Assembly: GCA_012729395.1 (NCBI GenBank)
Contig: JAAYDF010000229.1
Location: 299-64,298 of the forward strand
Reading direction: 5' to 3'
Length of the DNA: 64,000 nucleotides
From: Phycisphaerae bacterium
Lineage (GTDB): Bacteria; Planctomycetota; Phycisphaerae; UBA1845; PWPN01
Below the pieces are notes generated by a model. The model was not told where the DNA came from and did no database searches. It saw only the letters and a program-made list of their open reading frames with translations. The position numbers and the translations under genes are program-made. Within the stretch, counting starts at the first letter, position 1. Every line of letters begins with the position of its first letter. This document shows, in pieces, positions 39,094 to 48,545 of the stretch.

Positions 39094-39570
39094 GTGGATG
39101 ACACGCCGGTCAAAATCGCTTTAGTCAGTCACGACCGCCGACACCGTCGGTTTCTTGCGAAGACTCTCCACTCCCCTCAAGCACTGCAACTGGTCGCGGA
39201 ATTCGAGGGTTTCACGGCTCTTTCCGCGCGCACTCTGGCAACCACTGCGGACCTTGTCGTTCTTTACCTGGCCTCGACCGACTGCCATCGGCAAGTTCCG
39301 ATGCTCGATCTTCTCTGCGATTTATCAGATTGCATGAAGGTGATTCTCGTTGGTGAATGCCAGAATGAGGAGCATGTCGCCGCTCTGCTGCGCACCGGGG
39401 CTCATGGCTATGTGCTGAACGAACGTGCCGACCAGGAATTGCCAACCGCCATCGAGTCTGTGCTTCGTGGTCGTCGTTTCATCTCGATGCCGATCCTCGA
39501 TGCCATGGCTTTCAGGTTCATCGACCGAGAAAACGATACGCCCTCTTGTTCGGACGCTGATTCGACGTGA
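39094..39570 (+). CDS. NarL-like receiver domain without HTH; pseudo-receiver
   Basis: VKIALV...DLVVLY...KVILV...GAHGYVLNE..ELPTAIESVLRGRRFIS; Tyr at the phospho-Asp position, Asn for the conserved Lys. Confidence 0.72.
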   Translation: MDDTPVKIALVSHDRRHRRFLAKTLHSPQALQLVAEFEGFTALSARTLATTADLVVLYLASTDCHRQVPMLDLLCDLSDCMKVILVGECQNEEHVAALLRTGAHGYVLNERADQELPTAIESVLRGRRFISMPILDAMAFRFIDRENDTPSCSDADST

Positions 39571-39853
39571 ATTTGTTCCCAATGCGCCCAGGACTTCTGG
39601 TCGCATTGCACCACGGATGCTCCTGTCCGGGGCCTGGGATCCAGGGCGATGCTGCTGCGCGATGTGCCGCCGGGAGAGACCGAAACCCGCCTGACAACAC
39701 CTCTCATCACGGCCGGCCCCCATTTGTAGGGCCCGATCCCTCTTGCCTGGGTCGGACACAAACGGCCGGAAATCACCGTCCGGCGTACCGCCCAAGGTTC
39801 CGGGCCGCTCGCAGTAGAGAGCCTCACTATTTACGAAAATCAGAAATCTTCGG

Positions 39854-39881
39854 TTGACAGATCACGCCGATCGCGTATACT
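39854..39881 (+). promoter_or_regulatory. strong sigma70-type promoter for the cohesin-dockerin gene run
   Basis: TTGACA-N16-TATACT, ~480 nt upstream of ATG 40366. Confidence 0.6.
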
Positions 39882-40365
39882 GGGGCACGTCGCTGACGCA
39901 GCACAAGGGGAAGCTTCGTCGGCCGATGGCAGCGCGAGGCGATGCCGTCTCCATAGATCGCGTATCCAGCGGTCCGCTCACGAGCCTGGATAGCTCGCGT
40001 CGGACCCACAGGGGAACAGGGGAAGGAGTTGATGGGGTAAAGCACAAATGTGCAGTGGCGACAAAGGGGAAGCAACCACCTTTCCGCCATGGGTCGGGGA
40101 CTTCGAGGGGCTGACATCGTCGCCTCGATGCCGCGCCTTGCTCTCGGCATGATCCACGTCTCGAGCAGGTGCTGCCCCCACCCCACCCTAACTGTCCTCC
40201 CGCAAACGAACCTCGGGTATGCGCTTGCCCCGTGGATTGTCGCCTGCGCGTATCCGCGATGAGCGCGGGCCAGAGCCGCTCTCGCCACGTCGTCGGACTA
40301 GGCCACTAACCGAGGCAGGAAGCGCCTCACGGCCTGATCGAGGCCCTGACAAAGGAGCACGAATC

Positions 40366-43300
40366 ATGAAAGGTGCATTGAATCTGCTGATCATCTTGGC
40401 GATGTGCGCAGGCACGGCCTGGGCGGATACCGTGTCCATTTCGGCCGGGGGCGACAGCACCACGGCGATTCAGACCGCGATCGATGGTGCGTCCGAAGCC
40501 CGGACCATCGTGCTGCAAGCCGGCACGCACGCAGTGTCAAGCCAAGTCAACGTCAACAGGCAAGATATTACCATCCAGGGTGAAGATCCCGCGAACACGC
40601 TCGTCCAGGTGAGCGGTACGGGATATCGCTTCTCGATCGCGGCTGCGGGCGCGGTCATCGAGAATCTGACACTGGAGAAAACCGACAAGACCGGCGTCCA
40701 GAACCTCATCTACATCGGAGCCAGCAACGCAACCATTCGCGGAAACGTGATCTTTGGTCGGTACGTCATGGGCGATCCCGAGGTCAGTCGTGCCCTGGAG
40801 GTGACCTACGGAATCAGCGGGCTGACGATCGAGGAGAACGAAATCTACGCCCTCCGCCAACCCGCCTACATCAACGGCAGCCTGGCTTCACCCACGACGG
40901 GCAACATCACCAGTAACTACGTACACGGTACCAGGGGCTGGGTGATTGCCGGTGCCAACATGACCTTCAGCGGCAACACCTGGGGCAGCGGTGCCGACAC
41001 GAACTACCTGGACATCGCCATCCTGGCCGGAACCGATCCGAGCTACTACACGGACATCCCGGCACTCAGCGCGGCCCATCACGGCGCCGTGTTCGAGGAT
41101 CAACGCGTGAGCCCGGCCACGCTGACCACTGTCTATGTGGACGCCAACGCGGCTCCCGGCGGTGATGGAACGGTCACCAAACCCTATCAGACGATTACCC
41201 CAGCTGTTGCCCGTGTGATGACCGGCGGAACAATCCTCGTCGCGGCGGGCACGTACAACGAAACGGTCAGCGTGAGCAAATCGGTCAGCTTCGTTGGAGC
41301 AGGCTGCGGACAGACCATCTGGCGTGGTAGCGCCATCACCAGCCACTCCCTGAAAATCGTTCGTGACAACACCTCGCCGGCCGATGTCCACGTCGCCATC
41401 ACCGGTTTCTCCTTTGAAACCGAGAACAACCAGACCATTCGAGGCGACTGGAGCACAAGCTACGCCGAGGCACTGACGCTGGATATCCACGACAACTGCT
41501 TCGCACACGTGAACACCAGAAACCCCGGCACGGATTTCGCTCTCTACGTGAACGGCGCCAACCAGACCGCTCGCGACACCGAGGGGGCGATTCGCGTCTA
41601 CAACAACCAGTTTGATGTCGTGACCGGCGGCGTGCTCTTCGAGTATTGCCGTGCGGTGGACCTGCTGGACAACGACTTCCGCGTGACCTTTGAGGGCGTC
41701 ATCTTCAACTACTACGGGAACTCAGGTGCCTGCGGCGAGCAGTTGGTCAAGGGCAACGTGTTTACCCATGTTCCCGTTGAGTGGGCCCTGGCCATGAACA
41801 ACTGGCACGGAACGGGCAACTACACGGTCCTGCCAAGCGCAGTCACGAATAACGAGATCACCGCTACGGGCTTCTCCTACGCGATTCTCTATGGCGTTGC
41901 CGCGTCTCAAAGCCAGGCGCACGATTTCACGATCCAGGACAATGCCCTGCTGAGCGGCACGGTTTTTGTTTGGGGTGATTACGCCAGCCAAATCCTGCTG
42001 AACGCCTCGGGGAACTGGTGGGGCAGCATCGCCAGCCCGGCCGGCCGCATCAACACTGCCGGCAGCGTCGACTACACCCCGTGGCTGGGCGGCGGAGACG
42101 ACACAAGCACCGATCCCGGCTTCCAGGGCAACTTCTCCACCCTCTGGGCATCGGCCGCCAGCCCGCAGACCGGCACGACGGGCCGAATCCAGGAGGCTAT
42201 CAATTCTGTCGACGGCAGTACGGTCAACGTGCTGCCGGGAACCTACGCGGAGAGACTCACGATCAACAAGTCGCTGAACCTCTATGGGCCGCAGAAAGAC
42301 GTCGATCCCACGGCATCCGGGGCGCGCACCAACTCAGCCAATGAGGCAATCGTAACCTGCGCGGGGCTCTCTACTCCCAACCCCGACGTTCTCATCGAAA
42401 TCCCCACCGGGGTCACAGGCGTCGTTATCGACGGCCTCACACTCCAGGGTCACCCCACCAACCCCGTGGCAGACACATCGATTGTGCGTTGCTGGGGCAG
42501 CGACCTCACCGTGTCGAACAACATCATGGACGGCTGGTATGCGGTCATCTTCAAAGGCGGTAACAACCTGACCGTCTCCGACAACCGCGTGACGGTCAAC
42601 AAGGTCGGCGTGGCTTGCCAGCCAGGCACCAGTACTGAGATTACTTTGGCTGGCAACACATTCGTGCCGGGCACCAGCTCGGCAGCCGATTCACAGGCGG
42701 CGTACATGACCGCGGTGACCCATATGACCCTCACCGACAACGTCGCCTCCGGCTTCGGCGGGTCGGCGGTGGCCGGCAGTAATCTCTCCAACGTGCTCAT
42801 CGAGGGCAATGTACTCACCAACTGCCGCGACGGCGTCAGTTTCTGGGGCAGCACCTACGACGTGGTGATCCGTGAGAATGAGCTGAGCGAACACACGCGA
42901 TACGGCATCAACTTCAAGGGGCAGAACCTCGACGTGCTTGACAATCGAATAGCGGATAACGGCAACACCGGCATCAACGTCGAACGGCATGTCATCGATA
43001 CGCTGAACATCCATGTTCATGGAAATGAGATATTCGGAAACGCCAGCTTCGGCTTGAAGGCTGCCGCGAACATCACCGGGGTGGTGGACGCGGAAAACAA
43101 CTGGTGGGGCCACGCTTCGGGTCCATACGACCCCGATGGTTCGGTCGAAGCGGACATCAACAACTGCGCCGACCCAGCCGTCATCAAGAATCCAAATGGG
43201 TTAGGCGACTTGGTCAGTGATGTCCAGGTCGACTACTGCCCATGGCTGCTTGGGCCGACCGCCCCCAACGCACTCTACCTGGTGCCGACAAGCGAAAGCA

Positions 43301-44523
43301 TCTACATCAAACCAGGCGAAAGCGCGATTGTCGATATGAACGTGGCGAATCTTCTTCAGAAGGTGAACGCCTGCCAGGCGATGCTCGGGTACTCGTCCAC
43401 TTACTTCGAGGATCCGACGGCTGGAACGGTTGGACTGCCTGCCTCGGGACCGTGGGATCAGCTTATCTGGGATTCCTGGCTGAATTCAAGCGGAGCACCG
43501 GGTGAGATTGACACGGCCATCGGTGTCAACGCGGCGGGGACCGTGGGCACGGACGCCGACGGCAAGGTGTGCAAGATCACGCTGACCGCGAGGGCCGGCG
43601 TGCAAGGCATCACTCAGATAGTCTTCCGCCCGGACGCGGATCCGGATCCAGGCCTGGTGGCCAGTACTTACCTTTCGGACATGTTGGGCAACCCGGTCTG
43701 GCCGACCAAATTCGACAGCATTGGTATCGTCATCGACGACACGGATCCGGCGGTGGCGGCCCTGACGGCCACTCAGGACCAAGGCGCCGGCGCGGTGGAT
43801 GTGCTGAACTGTGCGGCGACGACCCTGCAGGGCACGGTGGCCATCAGCGTGGGCGCGTCGGATGCCCTGGCCGGTATCGAGGCCGAGCCGGTCGTCACCG
43901 TCACGCAGGGCGGCGACGCACTGACCGTGACCTACGCAGGTGAATCGCCGGCGGGAACGTTCAATTACACCGTGGACATCGAGCCCGACGCGGCCAATGG
44001 CACCTGGACGATCGAGGCGACAGCCACGGATAAGGCCGGCAACGACGCCTCGGTATCCGGGACTCTGTGCGTAGACAAGAACCAGATCACCGGCCAGGTG
44101 GAGTTGGAGTCGCTGGTCGGCGGTCTGACTCGCACGGTGACCTTCGTGGCCACGGGCGGGGTCAAGAAGACCTGGGACATCCCGGTGGTCTTCCCCGCCG
44201 GCAGTGCGGTCGGCACCTTCACGCTGACCGAGGTGCCGGATGGAACCACCGCCCTCAGCGCCAAGACGAACTGGAATCTGCGTCGCAAGGTGGACTGCAG
44301 CCTCGACGGTGACGGCCAAGCTTCGGCCGACTTCATCGGCACCGCCAAGCTGCGCGGCGGGGATATCAACGGCTCCAACTCGATCAACATCCTCGACTAC
44401 TCGGTGATGAAGATCAGTTGGATGGCCACCACCGCTGGCGACATCAACGGCGACGGGGCCACCGCCATGCTCGACTACTCGATCATGAAGAGCAACTGGT
44501 TCGTGGTGGGCGACGCCGAGTGA
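40366..44523 (+). CDS. secreted right-handed beta-helix (pectin-lyase fold) protein with cohesin-like, Ig-like, X-module-like and dockerin-like domains
   Basis: Signal peptide ending AWA; three beta-helix units (TAIQTAID, PYQTITPAV..AGTYNE, IQEAIN..PGTYAE) with NWWG...DYxPW caps; tail IKPGESAIVDMNV...DKAGN...GDINGSNSINILDY...GDINGDG. Confidence 0.85.
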   Translation: MKGALNLLIILAMCAGTAWADTVSISAGGDSTTAIQTAIDGASEARTIVLQAGTHAVSSQVNVNRQDITIQGEDPANTLVQVSGTGYRFSIAAAGAVIENLTLEKTDKTGVQNLIYIGASNATIRGNVIFGRYVMGDPEVSRALEVTYGISGLTIEENEIYALRQPAYINGSLASPTTGNITSNYVHGTRGWVIAGANMTFSGNTWGSGADTNYLDIAILAGTDPSYYTDIPALSAAHHGAVFEDQRVSPATLTTVYVDANAAPGGDGTVTKPYQTITPAVARVMTGGTILVAAGTYNETVSVSKSVSFVGAGCGQTIWRGSAITSHSLKIVRDNTSPADVHVAITGFSFETENNQTIRGDWSTSYAEALTLDIHDNCFAHVNTRNPGTDFALYVNGANQTARDTEGAIRVYNNQFDVVTGGVLFEYCRAVDLLDNDFRVTFEGVIFNYYGNSGACGEQLVKGNVFTHVPVEWALAMNNWHGTGNYTVLPSAVTNNEITATGFSYAILYGVAASQSQAHDFTIQDNALLSGTVFVWGDYASQILLNASGNWWGSIASPAGRINTAGSVDYTPWLGGGDDTSTDPGFQGNFSTLWASAASPQTGTTGRIQEAINSVDGSTVNVLPGTYAERLTINKSLNLYGPQKDVDPTASGARTNSANEAIVTCAGLSTPNPDVLIEIPTGVTGVVIDGLTLQGHPTNPVADTSIVRCWGSDLTVSNNIMDGWYAVIFKGGNNLTVSDNRVTVNKVGVACQPGTSTEITLAGNTFVPGTSSAADSQAAYMTAVTHMTLTDNVASGFGGSAVAGSNLSNVLIEGNVLTNCRDGVSFWGSTYDVVIRENELSEHTRYGINFKGQNLDVLDNRIADNGNTGINVERHVIDTLNIHVHGNEIFGNASFGLKAAANITGVVDAENNWWGHASGPYDPDGSVEADINNCADPAVIKNPNGLGDLVSDVQVDYCPWLLGPTAPNALYLVPTSESIYIKPGESAIVDMNVANLLQKVNACQAMLGYSSTYFEDPTAGTVGLPASGPWDQLIWDSWLNSSGAPGEIDTAIGVNAAGTVGTDADGKVCKITLTARAGVQGITQIVFRPDADPDPGLVASTYLSDMLGNPVWPTKFDSIGIVIDDTDPAVAALTATQDQGAGAVDVLNCAATTLQGTVAISVGASDALAGIEAEPVVTVTQGGDALTVTYAGESPAGTFNYTVDIEPDAANGTWTIEATATDKAGNDASVSGTLCVDKNQITGQVELESLVGGLTRTVTFVATGGVKKTWDIPVVFPAGSAVGTFTLTEVPDGTTALSAKTNWNLRRKVDCSLDGDGQASADFIGTAKLRGGDINGSNSINILDYSVMKISWMATTAGDINGDGATAMLDYSIMKSNWFVVGDAE
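44068..44369 (+). repeat. copy 1 of a 302-bp near-identical repeat encoding the X-module
   Basis: Matches 47929-48230 with 9 mismatches by manual codon alignment. Confidence 0.9.
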
Positions 44524-44730
44524 GCCATCAGCCCGGCGGGCATCGCATTGGAGCCGGCCGGTTGCGTGCCCAAGGAGGGGTAAGCCCGATGGATCGCATG
44601 TGACGTATCGGTTCCGTCGGAATGGACAGGCAGATCCCCCGCATGGGAAACCCTGGCGGCAGCGGGCCGTCACCCCAAGCGGATAGAGCAATGACGGCCG
44701 ACCAGAGGCCCACACGAAGGAGCATGCAAG

Positions 44731-47700
44731 ATGAGACGATCAGGAATGGTATGGCTGACAGCGCTGGCGGTGCTGGTCACCGCGGGCAGCGCATGGGCGG
44801 ACTGGCACACGCTGGTGATCCGCAATGCGACGACCAGCGGCAATCCGCCGGCAATCGTGGACAACACTGACTACGGTGTGCCGGCCAAGGAGTTCATCAT
44901 CGCGGAAGGTGGCCAGAAAGCCGCATGGAGCACATCGGTGCTCGACGGTTTCACTGTTGGGGAGATTGCCCAACTGGCGGTCACCCGCTTCGACGATCGA
45001 ACGCGATTTGCGCCGACGTCCGGCGGCTATAGCGCCCCCTACTTCAACATCTGGATCACCGATGGCTCGGGACAATACGCGGTGATCGCTAACGAGCCGT
45101 CGGACTCGGTATTTCAGCCCCTTTACAGCAACGGCTACGATCTGACCTGGGCGGATATCTCCGACAAGCCGGTCAAAGTATACGAAAACAGCGACATAAG
45201 CTGGCTGCCCAACAACGGCGTAGGTCTGACTTTTGACGATATCAAGGACTTCGTGATCCAGGCTCCGTCGCCCGCCGAACTGGCCGCGGGCTGGCCCGGC
45301 CTGGGGACAGGCGCTCCGCGAGAACTAGGCACCAACATCGCCTACGGCTTCAACTGGATCCTTGGCGACACCCTCAGCAACTATGTGTCCGGCGATCCCG
45401 GTTACATTCTTGCCCAGCCCGGCGCCGGCGCGTTCGTGACGACGAACTACACCGTCACCCCGCAGATTCTTGCCGCCGGCAAGCCGGAGTTCAGCGCTCC
45501 GCACGGCACGGGCGATAACCCGTTCGGCTATGACTGGGACTCGCGGGCTCCGGACACGGCTGCCGGCGCCCCCACCGGTTACGGATCGTCGAGCTTCTAC
45601 GCCAACGTCGATCACAGCGACCCCGATCCTGACAGCCGCTACGTCACGCTGCGCATCGGGCTGCGCGACCTCTTCGGCCGCGAGGTGACCATCGGTGAGC
45701 TGACTGCCCTGAGCTACTGGACCAACAAACCCACCGACCAGACAGCCATGGATTATCGCGTCACCATGTACACGACTTTCGACGACAGCGACAACCAGAA
45801 TGGCGCGTCCTGGTACCGCAGCCGGCTTCAAGCCAGCCCGCACGCTGCCGCCAATCTCTCCGCCCCCGCCGATACGTGGAACCAGTGGACCACCGGCGGA
45901 GCAACCAACGAATTCCGCTTCTACGAGTCCACCAGCAAGCGCAGCTACTCGAACATGGCCTGGACGGACATCACGGACGGCGAAACCACATGGGACTACT
46001 CCGGTGAAGAAATCATGATGATCGATATCGGGCTCGGCACAAGAAGCAGCAGTCCAGCCTCCTGGTGGACCGGTGAAAGCCGGCTTGACGGCCTCCGCAT
46101 CGAACTGGCCAACGGCCAGATCGCCGACATCGACTTGGCCGCGGGCACGGCCTGGCAAGTCGCCACCGTGCACGGCCACGATCAGTTCACCATCAGCGAC
46201 GGCGGCTCTACCCTCCTCTACCACGCTCAGCCGCGCAACAGCAAGGAGTGGTACTGGTTCAACAACAACGGATCGGCCCCCGACGTCCTGGCGACCGGCG
46301 GGTTCGGGCCCAACGGCTGGCGAGACGGCTCGCGCACCTTTGCCGTATCCGACGTCGCGGTGGGCAAGAAGCTCAATGAGATCAAGCTGGCCTTCGAGTA
46401 CAACAACACCCTCGGCGGCTATACGACCATGAACTTCTTCCTTACCGACGGCAACGGCAAGTTCGGTATCTTTGCCCCCACTTCTCTCGGGATCCAGGCC
46501 ATCTCCGAGCAGGTCGTGGTCGATGGCTGGACACGGATCACCTTGGATCTGACCAAAACGAGCATTGCCGACTCCACAGCCGTCGCCATCTATGAGCACA
46601 ACGGATTCACCGATGTTTACGGCAACCCCTATACCACCATGACCTGGGGGGACATCAAGGAGTACACCATCGCCGGCATGTACGACTACCAGCGCAGCCC
46701 GGCCCACGGCTGGAGCAAATGGGGCAAGATGTTCGACCCAATCAACATCGCCGGCGAGGATGCGGTGGTCAACGGCTACGGCCTTGCCTTGATCTGGGGC
46801 GATACCGTCGGTAACACCGCCTACGCCACCCAACAGCGACAGATCCGCAACGTGCAGGTCTCGTTCGACACCGTCGACTACCTCGGCACCTTCGCCGATG
46901 CCCAGATCCGCGACATTCTCGAGCTCAACGTCCAGCCTGACAGCCTGTACGTCAAGCCCAGCGAGAGCGTTACACTCAATATGGACGTCAAGAACCTGCA
47001 GCAGATGGTCAACGGTTGCCAGGCGCTCATTGGCTACGACTCCGAGTACTTCCCGGCTGCCGGCACGGTCGCCCCGGGCGGCGGCGGAGTATGGGAAGAA
47101 CTCATCTATGAAGTCTGGCGAGATATCGCGGGCGAGTTGGACACGGCCATCGGCGTCCAGCTGACCGGAGGTGCGGGTACGGATGACGACGGCACAGTGG
47201 CGATCATCGCCCTGACCGCCGGCACCAAGGAAGGCACTACCCAAATGGTCTTCCGTGCTGACGGCGAATACGGCTACGCCACCATGCTCAGCGACTTGAA
47301 CGCCGAGCCCGTATGGCCGACGAAGATCGACAGTCAGACCATCGTCATCGACGGGACGGACCCGACGGTCGACACGTTCTCCGCAGACCCACTGTGCACC
47401 AAGACCACCACCACGCTGACCTTCACGGTCTCGGACGCTCTGGCCGGCGTGGACTATGTGGATGTTTACGTGGACGGTGCCAAGGTCGCCGAGGATGTCG
47501 CCAGCCCGTACGCGCTGGACATGAGCGGCTACGCGACCGACTGTTACGACGTGACCCTCAAGGTGGTCGACAAGGCCGGCAACGAAGCCGACAGCTCGGC
47601 GGTCGAGGTCTGCGTGGACAAAACCGCCCCGGCAATCAGCAACATCGCGGCCGAGCAGGATGGCGAAGACGTGCTCTGCCCGGCGGTGGCGGTGCAGGGC

Positions 47701-48387
47701 GTCGTGAACATTTACGTGGACGTCACCGACGCCGGCTGTGCCGATCTCGTGGTCCCGCCCGCGCTGACTGTGGACGGTATCGGCGCGGCGGTCTATGTGG
47801 ACGTGAGCGGCGATACCTACCACTATCAGGTGACGATCAGTGGCGCGACCGCCAACGGTGCTCATACCATCACCGTCGAGGCCGCGGATGCTCTGGGTAA
47901 CACCGCGTCCGACAATGCCCAGGCTATCTGCGTGGACAAGAACCAGATCACCGGCCAGGTGGAGTTGGAGTCGCTGGTCGGCGGTCTGACTCGCACGGTG
48001 ACCTTCGTGGCCACAGGCGGGGTCAAGAAGACCTGGGACATCCCGGTGGTCTTCCCGGCCGACAGTGCGGTCGGCACGTTCACGCTGACCGAGGTGCCGG
48101 ATGGAACCACCGCCCTCAGCGCCAAGACGAACTGGAACCTGCGTCGCAAGGTGGCCTGCAGCCTCGACGGTGACGGTCAAGCTTCGGCCGACTTCACCGG
48201 CACCGCCAAGCTGCGCGGCGGGGATATCAAGCCTGACAACTACATCAACATCCTTGATTACTCGGTCTTGAAGAGCAACTACTTGTCGTCGAACGACGTG
48301 GCCGACATCGACGGCGACGGCACCGTCGGTTTGGTGGACTACTCCCTAATGCGGTCCAACTGGTTCCAGCCAGGAGACGCGGAGTAG
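44731..48387 (+). CDS. secreted protein: unknown Trp-rich beta-sandwich-like cargo domains plus cohesin-like, two Ig-like, X-module-like and dockerin-like domains
   Basis: Signal peptide ending AWA; internally related N-terminal units (YAVI..VYEN..GFNWILGDT versus FGIF..IYEH..GLALIWGDT); tail VKPSESVTLNMDV...DKAGN...DALGN...GDIKPDNYINILDY...ADIDGDG. Confidence 0.82.
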   Translation: MRRSGMVWLTALAVLVTAGSAWADWHTLVIRNATTSGNPPAIVDNTDYGVPAKEFIIAEGGQKAAWSTSVLDGFTVGEIAQLAVTRFDDRTRFAPTSGGYSAPYFNIWITDGSGQYAVIANEPSDSVFQPLYSNGYDLTWADISDKPVKVYENSDISWLPNNGVGLTFDDIKDFVIQAPSPAELAAGWPGLGTGAPRELGTNIAYGFNWILGDTLSNYVSGDPGYILAQPGAGAFVTTNYTVTPQILAAGKPEFSAPHGTGDNPFGYDWDSRAPDTAAGAPTGYGSSSFYANVDHSDPDPDSRYVTLRIGLRDLFGREVTIGELTALSYWTNKPTDQTAMDYRVTMYTTFDDSDNQNGASWYRSRLQASPHAAANLSAPADTWNQWTTGGATNEFRFYESTSKRSYSNMAWTDITDGETTWDYSGEEIMMIDIGLGTRSSSPASWWTGESRLDGLRIELANGQIADIDLAAGTAWQVATVHGHDQFTISDGGSTLLYHAQPRNSKEWYWFNNNGSAPDVLATGGFGPNGWRDGSRTFAVSDVAVGKKLNEIKLAFEYNNTLGGYTTMNFFLTDGNGKFGIFAPTSLGIQAISEQVVVDGWTRITLDLTKTSIADSTAVAIYEHNGFTDVYGNPYTTMTWGDIKEYTIAGMYDYQRSPAHGWSKWGKMFDPINIAGEDAVVNGYGLALIWGDTVGNTAYATQQRQIRNVQVSFDTVDYLGTFADAQIRDILELNVQPDSLYVKPSESVTLNMDVKNLQQMVNGCQALIGYDSEYFPAAGTVAPGGGGVWEELIYEVWRDIAGELDTAIGVQLTGGAGTDDDGTVAIIALTAGTKEGTTQMVFRADGEYGYATMLSDLNAEPVWPTKIDSQTIVIDGTDPTVDTFSADPLCTKTTTTLTFTVSDALAGVDYVDVYVDGAKVAEDVASPYALDMSGYATDCYDVTLKVVDKAGNEADSSAVEVCVDKTAPAISNIAAEQDGEDVLCPAVAVQGVVNIYVDVTDAGCADLVVPPALTVDGIGAAVYVDVSGDTYHYQVTISGATANGAHTITVEAADALGNTASDNAQAICVDKNQITGQVELESLVGGLTRTVTFVATGGVKKTWDIPVVFPADSAVGTFTLTEVPDGTTALSAKTNWNLRRKVACSLDGDGQASADFTGTAKLRGGDIKPDNYINILDYSVLKSNYLSSNDVADIDGDGTVGLVDYSLMRSNWFQPGDAE
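47929..48230 (+). repeat. copy 2 of the 302-bp near-identical repeat encoding the X-module
   Basis: Matches 44068-44369. Confidence 0.9.
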
Positions 48388-48545
48388 TCCGTGTGAAGGC
48401 AGAAGGGTCTTGATGGCAGTCGGCAGGCGCCGGCGGGACGACCGCGTCCCGCCGGCGCTGCGTGGCACCGATACCACACCGACACACGGCGGCATCCCGC
48501 CACGGGCCCAACGGAAGCGACCCGTGGCCTGGAGAGGAGGAGGTT

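Noticed and set aside
45325-48180. 951-aa minus-strand ORF (also 43486-44715)
   Set aside because: Antisense shadows of the cohesin-dockerin genes
44068-48230. Near-identical repeat pair as a DGR template/variable region
   Set aside because: Mismatches are mostly synonymous and not adenine-specific, both copies are coding, and no reverse transcriptase is present
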